DNA of 64,000 bases, from assembly GCA_963825205.1 (NCBI GenBank), contig CAWGSE010000016.1, positions 27,421 to 91,420 on the forward strand. The letters are read 5' to 3'. This document shows, in pieces, positions 1-9,516 of this stretch (positions are counted from its first letter, which is position 1; each line of letters opens with the position of its first letter). The translations under genes and the position numbers were made by a program. This DNA is from an uncultured Acidobacteriota bacterium (lineage in GTDB: Bacteria; Acidobacteriota; Terriglobia; Terriglobales; Acidobacteriaceae). Below the pieces are notes generated by a model. It was not told where the DNA came from. It saw nothing but the letters and a program-made list of their open reading frames with translations, and searched no databases.

Positions 1-866
1 CAATCGGTGGTTCGGAACGGGTTATCGAAAACCAGCGCGCTGATGTTGTTCTGAAAAAACGATCCCGTATACCCGAATTGCACCCCCCATCGCTTCCGGG
101 TATGCTCTGCCATGATTTTTACGTTGTTACTGAAGTAGTCAATCGGCTCGGTAAGCTCGGCTCCGTACCCTCCCGTCAGCGAGGCACTGGGGCTGGTGTT
201 GAAAATCAGGCCAATGGGCCTGAAGCCGGTTTCGTGCTCGCGAGCGAAGGACGCCAGCAGGCCCCAGTGCGGCGTCAGTTCATAGCCGAACATCGCGGTT
301 CCGGCTCGGCGCTCAATACCGGGAACAACGAAGTTCATGCTCGGCACCAGTTGCGTCTGGATCGTGCCTGGCAGGCTCGTCGGATCCGTGGCGGCAAGAT
401 TTTGCAGCGTGCTCCGGGTCAGCAAGGGGATGGTGAAAACTCCCCGTCCGGTTTCGGCATATAGGGTACGGGTGGTATTCGAATAAATATGAGGGATCTC
501 GTCATATCGAAACTGCAGCTTGAACCGGTTCCATCGCCCAAAGGTCACCAGGTAACTCTGATCGCGATAAATCGACTTGTCCGATTGCGCATCGAGGAAA
601 TATTTCGAGCCCCCCAGCTCATCCATGTTCAGCCGGAACCGGCGTACGAATACTCCGTCTCGCAAGTCGCGATACTCGTCATATTTTGACGTTTTCAACG
701 CGGGCTGGAAGGGCAGGTCAGGACGGCCATACACGTCGCCCCAACTCCAGCGGCTGCCCAGTTCTACGATCCCACGCTGGGGCGGCTGGTCCTGGCCCAT
801 TCCAGCAGCCGGCGCTATCAGGAGTGCTAGCAGCAGAAACACGGTCTTCTCGATTGCTGTTCTCAT
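1..866 (-). CDS. MtrB/PioB-like outer-membrane beta-barrel protein, N-terminal part (gene continues beyond the window start)
   Basis: Absent from the ORF track because it runs off the window. My translation of the minus strand from ATG 866 (GGGAGA a few nt upstream) stays open to base 1: MRTAIEKTVFLLLALLIAPAAGMGQDQ...KTSKYDEYRDLRDGVFVRRFRLNMDELGGSKYFLDAQSDKSIYRDQSYLVTFGRWNRFKLQFRYDEIPHIYS... It has a signal peptide and starts 13 nt after the decaheme gene stop. The family resemblance is from memory. Confidence 0.6.
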   Translation of the reverse strand, partial: MRTAIEKTVFLLLALLIAPAAGMGQDQPPQRGIVELGSRWSWGDVYGRPDLPFQPALKTSKYDEYRDLRDGVFVRRFRLNMDELGGSKYFLDAQSDKSIYRDQSYLVTFGRWNRFKLQFRYDEIPHIYSNTTRTLYAETGRGVFTIPLLTRSTLQNLAATDPTSLPGTIQTQLVPSMNFVVPGIERRAGTAMFGYELTPHWGLLASFAREHETGFRPIGLIFNTSPSASLTGGYGAELTEPIDYFSNNVKIMAEHTRKRWGVQFGYTGSFFQNNISALVFDNPFRTTD

Positions 867-879
867 TGCTATCTCCCTT

Positions 880-1899
880 CTAACGCATGAAGAAGTTTCC
901 CGAGGGATGGTTCGATCCGTGGATCAGCGAGTGGCAATTGGTGCATCCCCGGTTGAAGTTCTTGATGGAACCGAGTGGCTGCGGCTGCGTCGGGTGGCGG
1001 CTGGCGACGTGGCAGGAATCGCAAACCCGAGGCATGCGCACTTTCAGCAACTGCGGGTTGCTGCTGCCGTGCGCCTCGTGACAGTTCGCGCAGTTCTCCA
1101 TGACCGGAGGATGCTCCCACAGGAACGGTCCCCGGCGTTCGGCATGGCAGCTATAACAATTCTCGTTGATGGTGCTTTGAATCAGCTGGCTCGGGTTGGG
1201 ACTGCCGTGCGGATTGTGACAACTGGTGCAGGTGACTTTGCCTTCCCGGTACGGCATGTGAGAGGAGCGCTGCAACTGTGCCCGCCGCATCTGATGGCAC
1301 TGGAGACACAACTCGGGTTGCGGCTTTTTAGTGCCCGCGTGTTCGGTCAGGGGCGCGCCGTAGCGTGATTCCGGAGCGAGTGCGGCATATCGCTCCGCGG
1401 GGCTGCCGTAGTGGACCAGATGACAATCCACGCAAGCCATGGCTCGCGATTCGTGCGGGCTGCCCCTCCAGAACATCTGGTTGCCTTTCGTATGGCAGGA
1501 CAGGCAAGCGGAATTCTGTTCCTCCACCGGGGTCGGAGAATCCTTGGTGAACCGGATGGGGATCGTCTCTTTGCCGCCGCCGGCATCGACGTGGGCTTTG
1601 CCTGGCCCGTGACAGGCTTCGCAGCCCCGCGCATCTAACGGGGTCTTGGGATGCGCCATCGCATTGCCCATGATGGTATGGACGAAGCTCTTGTGCTGTT
1701 CCGCGTGGCAGGTTACACAAACTTCGGAGCCCACATAATCGCCATCAGGCTGGGCCGCCGGTGGAGCAGCGTGGGAAAGTTCGCCGCCAGGTTCCTTTTT
1801 CTTCTCTTCCGCACTGCCCTGGTTCTGGGCCAAGGCGATGCTCCAGGTTCCGAGCGTGATGGCAAGGAGAATCAGCGTACACCCGAATTTCCGTGTCAA
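880..1899 (-). CDS. Decaheme c-type cytochrome, MtrA/DmsE/PioA family
   Basis: ORF 880..1977. Ten CxxCH motifs counted: CVTCH, CEACH, CLSCH, CVDCH, CLQCH, CTSCH, CYSCH, CANCH, CDSCH, CTNCH. Start placed at in-frame TTG 1899 (AGGA upstream), which gives the signal peptide LTRKFGCTLILLAITLGTWSIALA. ATG 1977 is also possible. Confidence 0.88.
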   Translation of the reverse strand: MTRKFGCTLILLAITLGTWSIALAQNQGSAEEKKKEPGGELSHAAPPAAQPDGDYVGSEVCVTCHAEQHKSFVHTIMGNAMAHPKTPLDARGCEACHGPGKAHVDAGGGKETIPIRFTKDSPTPVEEQNSACLSCHTKGNQMFWRGSPHESRAMACVDCHLVHYGSPAERYAALAPESRYGAPLTEHAGTKKPQPELCLQCHQMRRAQLQRSSHMPYREGKVTCTSCHNPHGSPNPSQLIQSTINENCYSCHAERRGPFLWEHPPVMENCANCHEAHGSSNPQLLKVRMPRVCDSCHVASRHPTQPQPLGSIKNFNRGCTNCHSLIHGSNHPSGNFFMR

Positions 1900-2095
1900 G
1901 GTTTTTTCCTCCGGCGAAAACCGACGCGTCGCCGTTAGATTCAACGCGCACTGCGTAGCTGAACCCGGGAACCGCAAGCAGCTCTAGAGCGCTCGCCGCC
2001 CGGGATTGTCCATGAATGTAGTGGGAATCTTACGCCAGCAACCTACCGAATTGTAGGGGATATTTTGCTCAGTCCCCGATTCCTCCTTCGCGCTC

Positions 2096-2857
2096 ATGAC
2101 ACCTGATGGTCTACTACCGGCCAAAGGAGTTGAACACAAAGTGGGGCGTGGTTCGATTGATGCAATTATGATCTGGAGCGCGGATCAAAGAGTCAAAGGA
2201 ACTGAGTTGTCCCAACTCAAGGAGCAGGGAACCGTGACCACGCGTCTACCCAAGGTTCAGACTCAACTCGGCCGAACCGCTGTCCAGATCTTTGCCGCCA
2301 ATGATCGGATGAACCAGATGGTTATCGAACATCTTGACCCTGCCGCCTGGAAAGCCAACCCGCCCGGCAAGGCCCGCACTATCGGGGCCATCTTCACGCA
2401 CCTGCACAATGTCCGCACCAAGTGGATCAGGCTTACCGCTCCGCACCTGAAGGTTCCCCGCCAGCTCAACCGCGCGCACTGCACGCCGCAGCAAGCCCAG
2501 GCGAGCTTGGCCGAGAGCGCTGCTCGCTGCGCCGAGCTGCTCGCCGAAGCGTTCGACGGTCGTGGGGGTCGCGTCGAGACGTTTCTCAGAGACGGCTGGG
2601 CCCGGCCTTGGCCGGTTGGCCTGGAGATGCTGTGCTACATGCTTTCTCACGAAGCCCACCACCGCGGGCAGGTGTGTATGCTCGCGCACCAGCTCGGGTT
2701 CCCGTTGCCGAGTGGGGTGGCGTCCGGAATCTGGAATTGGGAGAAACTGTGGAAGGAGTGCGGATCGCCCGCCGGCCCCGGCTACGACTCTCAAAAGATT
2801 CGTCAAAAGGCAAAGGCCGCGCGGGCCAGCCGTTCAAAACCCGGTCAACGGGCGTAA
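2096..2857 (+). CDS. DinB family (DinB_2-like) metal-dependent protein
   Basis: ORF track. C-terminal LSHEAHHRGQVCMLAHQLG motif is typical of the DinB/YfiT fold. The true start may be internal. Confidence 0.7.
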   Translation: MTPDGLLPAKGVEHKVGRGSIDAIMIWSADQRVKGTELSQLKEQGTVTTRLPKVQTQLGRTAVQIFAANDRMNQMVIEHLDPAAWKANPPGKARTIGAIFTHLHNVRTKWIRLTAPHLKVPRQLNRAHCTPQQAQASLAESAARCAELLAEAFDGRGGRVETFLRDGWARPWPVGLEMLCYMLSHEAHHRGQVCMLAHQLGFPLPSGVASGIWNWEKLWKECGSPAGPGYDSQKIRQKAKAARASRSKPGQRA

Positions 2858-2929
2858 TGATTCCATAACAATGTAGGCTCCGACCGCCGAGTAAACTTTG
2901 GTGGCGCGAACCTATCACGGGGCGCATGA

Positions 2930-3780
2930 ATGCTGAAAACGTTAACGCGTAGTGCGGTCCTGCTGACTCTCATCTTTGTCTGGTTCCCGCGTGCGCAGGC
3001 GCAGGAGTCACTCGAAGCGCTGCAAAAGCGTGCCGAGAAGGGCAGCCCGGAAGCTCAGACGGCCGTGGGTACGATGTACCGCAACGGTGAGGGCGTACAT
3101 CAGGACCTGGGAGAGGCGGTGCGGTGGTTTCGCCTGGCGGCCGTCCAGGGTTACGCCGAGGCCGAGAACAGCCTCGGGTTCCTCTACGATTACGGTGGCG
3201 GAGTTCCCATTGACCACCAGGAAGCGGCCCGCTGGTATCGCAAAGCCGCCGAGCAGGGCCATGCTGAGGCAGCCTTAAACCTGGGCTGGCTTTACGACAG
3301 CGGTCAGGATTTTCCAATTGACCATGCGGAGGCGCGCGCTGGTACCACAAGGCGGCCGAGCGGGGGAATGCAGACGCGGCCTTCGACCTGGGAGTGATTT
3401 ACGAGAATGCGCAAGGTGTCGAGCAGAATTACGTCGAGGCCATCCGCTGGTACCGCATGGCCGCAGACCAGGGAATGCACATTGCTCAGCTTAGCCTCGG
3501 CCGAATGTACGCCGGCGGCCGCGGCATCCTGAAGACAGATCCGGAATTCCAGAAACTTGTGCAGACCCTGAAGGCGAGAATTTCGCAAAAGCCCAGAGGT
3601 TCTGATGCGACCATCAAACACTTTGTGACCGTGCTCCGTCAGTTTTCGCGGATGAAGATGGCCTTCTTCGCGCTCTCGTGTTGCTTCCGCAGGGCACGGG
3701 CGGTATCGGCGAGGGGAGTGGTGGGACGCGGCGGCGGAGCCACTTCCCAGAGGGGCCGCTCGCCCTTCGCGGAACTGTAG
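2930..3780 (+). pseudogene. Sel1 (SLR) repeat protein with signal peptide, interrupted by a 1-nt frameshift in the GCGCGCGC run near 3331-3340
   Basis: ORFs 2930..3397 and 3394..3780 carry consecutive Sel1 repeats (AVRWFRLAAVQGYAEAENSLGFLY, AARWYRKAAEQGHAEAALNLGWLY, then AIRWYRMAADQG). The shifted frame reads RWYHKAAERGNADAAFDLGVIYENAQGVEQ across the junction. This could be a sequencing error. Confidence 0.8.
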
Positions 3781-3953
3781 GCGCTGGAGCCGAGCAGGCT
3801 CTTTTGTTCGGCCAAAGGAGCCGCACCGGCATGCTGGGGATTGCCGGTCAGGTGAAGCGGCTGGGGCTGACCGTTGACTACGGATGGGGTAATGGATTGT
3901 CCCCAAGTCAGCGAGGCAAAAAGGAGGAAGCACAGCAAGCCGGTCGTTTTCAT
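3639..3953 (-). CDS. Small secreted hypothetical protein
   Basis: Internal ATG 3953 of ORF 3639..4082 gives the signal peptide MKTTGLLCFLLFASLTWGQS, with GGAGA upstream. Confidence 0.55.
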   Translation of the reverse strand: MKTTGLLCFLLFASLTWGQSITPSVVNGQPQPLHLTGNPQHAGAAPLAEQKSLLGSSAYSSAKGERPLWEVAPPPRPTTPLADTARALRKQHESAKKAIFIREN

Positions 3954-4316
3954 CGCCAGAATCTCCAATTCTCCTGAACTTCCGAGCTCATCGGGCGCAA
4001 GCCTCTCAGCACAGAGTGCTACTGCCCGAACCGTTACCACGGGCCTGCGCTCAGGGCTCCCCTTAGTGATGGCAACCGGCATGCCAAAAGGGTGTGGGAC
4101 ATGTAGGCGGTTGCGCGACCGCTGCGGCTTGGAAGCGCAATAGTTTGCATAAATGCGGATACATGAGGGTAGGGCTAAGGATTGCGCCTGATGACTGCGT
4201 CAGCGCTATTGGGCACACTACAGCTTGCGCGATCACTGTCGACCTCGGCGTCAGAGCAGTCACAACTCCCGGTATGGCTCAGAACTTGTGAATGAGTGAA
4301 ATCGATGTTACGCCAA

Positions 4317-4808
4317 CTACCCTTGCCGGAGGACGACTGAGATGTATCCCAAGACAGCGCCGAGCGCACCATAAACAGCCGCACTCAAAGGAGCTAGACC
4401 TAACAGGACCGTCCCAAGCGAGGGCTCGACGGTAATTGTCAGCGCACACGCTGGACAGACAGAAAAAACAGACTGAGGGCTAGTGTGCCAGCTGTGCGGA
4501 GCAAAGGATAGCCCCACAACCACGAGATAAGAAACAGCTGCGAAGCCCGCAAGCATCTTGATGGGAAGGGACGACCGTTTGCCCGGTTCGATCTTGCGCG
4601 CCTTCTGAACCCATGACCCGGGTAGTAGGCCGATCAAGACAGAAGATACCCCCACCACCATCAGCGCTGCCGAATATAGCGACCAACTTCCGTGGGAGGC
4701 TGGATCAAAACCTCGCAGCGCGATATACATTCGACTCAGCGCAACAGAGATCAGTCCACACACAAGGAATGCAATGCGGGACGGTATTCCGATCAGCCTG
4801 CTCGCCAT
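4317..4808 (-). CDS. Hypothetical integral membrane protein
   Basis: ORF 4317..4871. Several hydrophobic segments. Start placed at MASRLIG (4808). Confidence 0.45.
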   Translation of the reverse strand: MASRLIGIPSRIAFLVCGLISVALSRMYIALRGFDPASHGSWSLYSAALMVVGVSSVLIGLLPGSWVQKARKIEPGKRSSLPIKMLAGFAAVSYLVVVGLSFAPHSWHTSPQSVFSVCPACALTITVEPSLGTVLLGLAPLSAAVYGALGAVLGYISVVLRQG

Positions 4809-4928
4809 GCGGGGAATTCTAGCAGCCGTCTCCGTTGGGGGGCGGACGATTGACGTAATCAGCGAGCACACTCACTAAGCTCAACGCCCTGGGGTGGAGA
4901 GAGGGGCACTCGGACGGTCCGGCAATCC

Positions 4929-5861
4929 TTAATTCGCGAGGCTTTCCAGGTTCTTCGGTGCCGGGGGCTTGTACCCCGGCGGAGCGCCCTTTTCGAGAAA
5001 AGGAATATCGTCGGGCACCTGAACCTCGACCCGGCCTTGCGGGGTTAATTTGTACGGACGCCCGGTCGGGTCCACGGGGATCGCGCGCAACAGGTTCGCC
5101 GCTACCAGGTCCGACATCGAGGACGGCAGTTGCCCGGTCTTCTGACCATACTGGGACACCAGCTCTTCCAGCGCGGTTACATCATCTTCAACCTGAATGG
5201 CGCGCAGGTGAGCGATGGCGTTGCCACGGATTTGCTTGTCCTGGGAACTTTGGTAGGTGGTTGTCCACAGGGCGCGCGCCATCTGGGTATCGCCGGCGTG
5301 CTGCGCCATCTGCGCCGCCATGACTTTCAGAAACGGATGCGCGTTCGGCGCCTGCGAGCCGCGCGCGAAAGCGTCCGCGGCCTTGCCATAGTTCTTCATG
5401 TCCATGTAGTAGACGAATCCCAGCTCGTAGTAGAGCTTCCAATCGTCGGGATTGTTCTGGATTCCGAATTCCACCAGTTGGACGGCTTTGTCCGGCATGC
5501 CGGCCCCGTTCGGCGGCTTCGGCGATAAAAAGTTCGCGCCGAACTGGTACGCCACCACCAGGTGCGGGTCGAGGCTGGTCGCGATTCCGAGCAGCGGCGC
5601 CAGCAGACGATAGTGGCTGGCCCCGGCCACGTGCCTTCCCCCGAAGTACTGCACGGCCCGCGTCCAGTAGATGTCCGCCAACAGCCCGTCATAGCCAAGG
5701 CTCAGCCGCTTCACGGTTTGCGGAGAGCTGATGAAGAGCACTTCCTCCAGGGTCGCGCCGGTGCGCAGTTGATCGATCTTCCTCAGAAAAAACACCGACC
5801 CCAGTAAGCAGGCGATCAGCATCCCGCTGGCCGCAATCGTTACTGTTCGCGAACGGTTCAT
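4929..5861 (-). CDS. Membrane-anchored TPR-like protein associated with the ABC-2 transporter
   Basis: ORF 4929..5900. ATG 5861 overlaps the permease stop (ATGA). An N-terminal TM segment is followed by a helical-repeat-like sequence. Confidence 0.65.
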   Translation of the reverse strand: MNRSRTVTIAASGMLIACLLGSVFFLRKIDQLRTGATLEEVLFISSPQTVKRLSLGYDGLLADIYWTRAVQYFGGRHVAGASHYRLLAPLLGIATSLDPHLVVAYQFGANFLSPKPPNGAGMPDKAVQLVEFGIQNNPDDWKLYYELGFVYYMDMKNYGKAADAFARGSQAPNAHPFLKVMAAQMAQHAGDTQMARALWTTTYQSSQDKQIRGNAIAHLRAIQVEDDVTALEELVSQYGQKTGQLPSSMSDLVAANLLRAIPVDPTGRPYKLTPQGRVEVQVPDDIPFLEKGAPPGYKPPAPKNLESLAN

Positions 5862-6634
5862 TTCAAATTGCGTCGCTGGAAAATGAGCACCGCCCCGCAC
5901 AAGGCCATGGTCGAATACAGCAGGGCGTAGACGGTGTTATAGAAAATCAACTGTCCGGAAACCGGCTGCGCGTGCGCCACCGAAGTGATGACGTTCAGCG
6001 CCGAGAAATTGGGTACCAGGTACGCGACGCCCGTGGCCAGCCACTTGGTGACTCCGGTCGCCATCGCCGCGAACCCGCGCAAGTCTTCCGAAAACGTCCC
6101 GATCACAAACAGCGAAAACGCGAATACCGCGGACAGCAACGGCGAGGAAAATGACGAGAACAGCAGCGCCAGGGAGCAGATGATCAGAAACTGCAGGATG
6201 ATGAAATACAGCGCCACCAGGATCCACCCGTCGGGCTTGTGAAACTTGTGCGCCACATAAAGCAGCGCGGCGAAGACGCCGATCGCCATGAAGAATGCAT
6301 TGACCACCAGGGTCCCGGCCAGGCCGAAGAATTTGCCCACGATAAATTCCCAACGCCGCACCGGCCGTGACAGCACCGTGTACAAGGTGCGTTTCTCAAT
6401 CTCCTTCGACACCAGCCCGATGCCGATGAAGATCGCAATCACCACCCCGAACAGCGAGACCGCCGTCAGGCCCAGGTTGATGACCACCAGTTTCTCAATG
6501 TCGATCGAAATCTGGCCCACCAGAATGGCGGCGCCCGACAACAACACCGCGAACGCGATCAGGTTGTAAAGGACGCGGTCCCGCACCGCTTCCCGGAAGG
6601 TGTTCGAGGCGATGCAAGCGATGCGGCTGTTCAT
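5858..6634 (-). CDS. ABC-2 type transporter permease
   Basis: ORF track. Six hydrophobic segments. Start overlaps the ATPase stop (ATGA), indicating translational coupling. Confidence 0.85.
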   Translation of the reverse strand: MNSRIACIASNTFREAVRDRVLYNLIAFAVLLSGAAILVGQISIDIEKLVVINLGLTAVSLFGVVIAIFIGIGLVSKEIEKRTLYTVLSRPVRRWEFIVGKFFGLAGTLVVNAFFMAIGVFAALLYVAHKFHKPDGWILVALYFIILQFLIICSLALLFSSFSSPLLSAVFAFSLFVIGTFSEDLRGFAAMATGVTKWLATGVAYLVPNFSALNVITSVAHAQPVSGQLIFYNTVYALLYSTMALCGAVLIFQRRNLK

Positions 6635-7572
6635 GCCATGCTCCCCGCGGTCTTTTCCGATCGCTTCAGTTTTTCCACGAAGTACTGCTCGAGGGTAGTG
6701 CGCAGCGGCACCAGCGAGACCAGGCGCAACCGCTCCCGTCGCAATGCATCAATGGCAAGGTCCTGGCTTTCGTCCGCGAGCACGGCGCGCACGGTGTCGC
6801 CGGTCACGTGACATTCCGCGCCCAGCGCCTTGATCGAGGCCGGCACGGTGGTGCCCTCCCAGACCATCTCGACTTTGCCCTGCACCCCGGAGGTCAGGTC
6901 TGCGACCGCTCCGACGGCGCGCAATTCTCCCAGATGAATGACCGCAACCCGATCGCACAGCGCCTCGGCATCGGAGAGAATGTGGGTGGAGAAGAATACC
7001 GTCTTGCCTTCGTGCTTCAACTCTTCCATCAGGTCGCGCACTTCGCGCCGCCCCATGGGGTCAAGTCCCGACATCGGCTCGTCAAAGAAAACGATTCGCG
7101 GCTCGTGCAGAATGGCCTGCGCGATTCCCACGCGCTGCAGCATGCCCTTTGAAAACTTGCGCAATTGCACGCCGGCGGCATCCGGCAGGCCGACCCTGCC
7201 CAGCACTTTCTCCACTCGCTGGGAAAGATCTTTTCCCACCACGCCCGAGAGCCGCCCGTAATACTCCAGCAATTCTTGCGCGGTGAGATAGTCGTAGAAG
7301 TAGGGCTGCTCGGGAAGGAACCCGATTTGCGCCTTCATCTCGGGATCGTTGAGATCCCTGCCCAGGATCCGCGCCGAACCGCCCGTCGGGAATACCAGCC
7401 CCATCAGCATCTTCAGCGTCGTGGTCTTGCCCGCGCCGTTTGGACCCAGGAACCCGAAAATCTCGCCCTCTTCGACATTCAGGTGAAGCGGGCGCAGGGC
7501 ACACTTGGGACGTTTACGCCAGAAGCCGACGCTGTATGTCTTCTCTAACCCCAGGATTTCTATGGCGTGCAT
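6631..7572 (-). CDS. ABC transporter ATP-binding protein
   Basis: Walker [10 protein letters not shown], signature LSKGMLQRV, Walker B IVFFDEP. Start placed at ATG 7572 ([13 protein letters not shown]). Confidence 0.93.
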   Translation of the reverse strand: MHAIEILGLEKTYSVGFWRKRPKCALRPLHLNVEEGEIFGFLGPNGAGKTTTLKMLMGLVFPTGGSARILGRDLNDPEMKAQIGFLPEQPYFYDYLTAQELLEYYGRLSGVVGKDLSQRVEKVLGRVGLPDAAGVQLRKFSKGMLQRVGIAQAILHEPRIVFFDEPMSGLDPMGRREVRDLMEELKHEGKTVFFSTHILSDAEALCDRVAVIHLGELRAVGAVADLTSGVQGKVEMVWEGTTVPASIKALGAECHVTGDTVRAVLADESQDLAIDALRRERLRLVSLVPLRTTLEQYFVEKLKRSEKTAGSMA

Positions 7573-7691
7573 GGCTTTTTCAAGAGTGACTGCGATTCCC
7601 TCAGAACCAAGGAAAGTATATAAAAACTTGCGGATCGGAGAGTAACAGGTGAGGCTCGCCGAGGTTCCTTTGGTAATCCCAAAATCTGCCC

Positions 7692-7725
7692 GCAAAAGAA
7701 AGCGGCCGAGACTTTCGTCCCGGCC
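7692..7725 (-). terminator. Intrinsic terminator downstream of pilin copy 1
   Basis: The minus-strand RNA reads GGCCGGGAC-GAAA-GUCUCGGCC followed by GCUUUCUUUUGC (one mismatch in the stem). Confidence 0.55.
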
Positions 7726-7810
7726 ACCCTCGGCTCATACCCTCCCCCAGGTATTTCGCCATTCGTAGAGCGCCGCGGGCGCTCAATCCTTGTTTATCTG
7801 CTGGCACCGC

Positions 7811-8333
7811 TTACTGTGCGATCGGATACGCTAAGCAGGCCGCGGTGGTGTTGACCGGAACCGTCGTCCCGTTCGGCAGCACCCGAAGTACGCCGTCATC
7901 GGTTGAGCAGAAGCTCCGGTTTCCGGTTGACTTGGGTGCGATGGGTGCGGCCCCCGCGACAAACGCCGCGTTAAATGTGCCGCCGCCTCCGCCCGTGAGC
8001 CCAGTAGCCAGAAATGTGTATCCGCTCTTGCCGGTCGATCCGGGTATCGCCTGTGCCAGCGCATCGTCCAGGAAACAGCCCGTCGCCGCCGACGGCGTGC
8101 AGGGCGACGCGCCCCCCAGGTTCGCGATCGAAATCGCATATCCCACCGTCGGGTAGGCCGAGCTATAGGCGATATTCCGAAGTTTTGATGGTCCGGAGCG
8201 AACTCGCTGCCGATGCTTCATTCGCCGCAATCTTCGCCTGCAAGAGGTTCGGAATCGCGATCGCCGCGATGATCAGGATGATCGCGACGACGATGAGCAA
8301 TTCGATCAACGAGAAGCCGTCTTGATGGCGCAT
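7811..8333 (-). pseudogene. Prepilin-type (type IV pilin / pseudopilin-like) gene, copy 1, frameshifted near 8170-8176
   Basis: My translation from ATG 8333: MRHQDGFSLIELLIVVAIILIIAAIAIPNLLQAKIAANEASAASSLRTIKTSEYRL*. The frame of ORF 7811..8230 continues NIAYSSAYPTVGYAISIANLGGASPC..., parallel to copy 2. One extra nt separates the two frames. Confidence 0.8.
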
Positions 8334-8399
8334 AAGATGTTCCTGCCCGCGTTTCCGGCTCTTGCCGGTTGGCGGACTCTCCTAAACACGTGTAAAGGT

Positions 8400-8415
8400 T
8401 GCACTCCGAGGGCCA
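8400..8415 (-). promoter_or_regulatory. Sigma-54 type (-24/-12) promoter candidate for pilin copy 1
   Basis: Minus strand reads TGGCCC-TCGGA-GTGCA (consensus TGGCAC-N5-TTGCW, GG-N10-GC spacing kept), 67-82 nt upstream of ATG 8333. Confidence 0.45.
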
Positions 8416-8567
8416 TCCGTCTGGCACTTGCCAACCCTCGCGTAACCATCGGAAACCACTGCAGTTCAATCGGTTTACACGTTGGTCGACAATGTCCCCC
8501 CAGGGGCTACCACGTCCCGCCGTGCGGCAGCGACAGAAACCGTCACTCCCCCGACAATCCCGGACAA

Positions 8568-8602
8568 GCAAAAGAAAAGGGCAGAAGCTTTCGCTTCTGC
8601 CC
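8568..8602 (-). terminator. Intrinsic terminator downstream of pilin copy 2
   Basis: The minus-strand RNA reads GGGCAGAAGC-GAAA-GCUUCUGCCC followed by UUUUCUUUUGC, 30 nt after the stop. Confidence 0.8.
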
Positions 8603-8631
8603 GGTTTGCCCTTGCGGGCGTTAAGTACGAG

Positions 8632-9144
8632 TTAGTTGTTGAGCGGCAGGAAGGCTGCGCAGGTATCGTGAACCGTAGAACCTGCACCCGCCGGATCCTG
8701 ACGAACCACCGCGTCTTCGGTCGAGCAGAAGGCGCGCGTACCGGTCTGCTGGAACACGATCGGTGAACCGTTGGCCGCGTACTGCGAGAGCAGGGCTCCG
8801 CCGCCGACCGCAGCCGCAACCGCTGCGAAGTTGTAACCGCTCTTACCAGCCGCGGCGCCGTTGGTGGCCAGGTTGTTGTCGATCAGGCAAGCATTGGCAA
8901 TCGCCGGCACGCAAGGTGAAGCCGCGCCGCCCAAAGCTGCCAGAGCCGCATACCCGGTCGCCGGATAGGTGGAGTAATAGGTGACTTCGGCCGTGTTGAT
9001 GGTACGAATGGAGCTGGCCGCGGACGACTCGTTAGCCGCCATACGCGCGCGCAGCAGGTTCGGAATAGCGATGGCCGCGATAATCAGGATGATCGCAACC
9101 ACGATCAGCAACTCGATCAGTGAGAAACCCTTTTGTTTCCGCAT
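8632..9144 (-). CDS. Prepilin-type N-terminal cleavage/methylation domain protein (type IV pilin-like), copy 2, intact
   Basis: ORF 8632..9162. MRKQKGFSLIELLIVVAIILIIAAIAIPNLLRARMAANE matches the prepilin leader plus hydrophobic helix. Start placed at the second ATG (9144), by analogy with copy 3. Confidence 0.9.
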   Translation of the reverse strand: MRKQKGFSLIELLIVVAIILIIAAIAIPNLLRARMAANESSAASSIRTINTAEVTYYSTYPATGYAALAALGGAASPCVPAIANACLIDNNLATNGAAAGKSGYNFAAVAAAVGGGALLSQYAANGSPIVFQQTGTRAFCSTEDAVVRQDPAGAGSTVHDTCAAFLPLNN

Positions 9145-9212
9145 CTCGTATTTTCCCCTCATCTCCGGTTACTGTGAACTGGCCTATGGAAGACCTAGCG
9201 TTGATGAATAAT

Positions 9213-9228
9213 CGCATCCCGAGGGCCA
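9213..9228 (-). promoter_or_regulatory. Sigma-54 type promoter candidate for pilin copy 2
   Basis: Minus strand reads TGGCCC-TCGGG-ATGCG, 69-84 nt upstream of ATG 9144. Position and core match copies 1 and 3. Confidence 0.4.
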
Positions 9229-9433
9229 GACGCGTACGTTACTAACGTAAGCCTGCCTCTCAAGCCTAAGACTCACATTTTCAATTATGCCCCATCCTTC
9301 GGTACCCAGGGGCATCTTCTCCTCCCCTGACAAGAACGGGCGACCAGTGACAATTTGCGTCGGTTTCTTGCCGACAAACCGTGTCACCCCGTACGGTGCG
9401 CGGCTGCCGAAGCCGGAAACCGCGAAAGCCCTT

Positions 9434-9474
9434 CAAAACAAAAAAGAAAAGCAGCGGAAGTTGTCTTCCGCTGC
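9434..9474 (-). terminator. Intrinsic terminator downstream of pilin copy 3
   Basis: The minus-strand RNA reads GCAGCGGAAG-ACAA-CUUCCGCUGC followed by UUUUCUUUUUUGUUUUG. Confidence 0.8.
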
Positions 9475-9516
9475 TTTCCGGCTTGTACCCTCCCCCAGGT
9501 ACTTGCCAACTGCAAA

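Noticed and set aside
577-1368. Plus-strand 263-aa ORF spanning the junction of the two cytochrome/porin genes.
   Set aside because: It is antisense to both the decaheme gene (ten heme motifs) and the verified open barrel ORF, and its translation is low-complexity.
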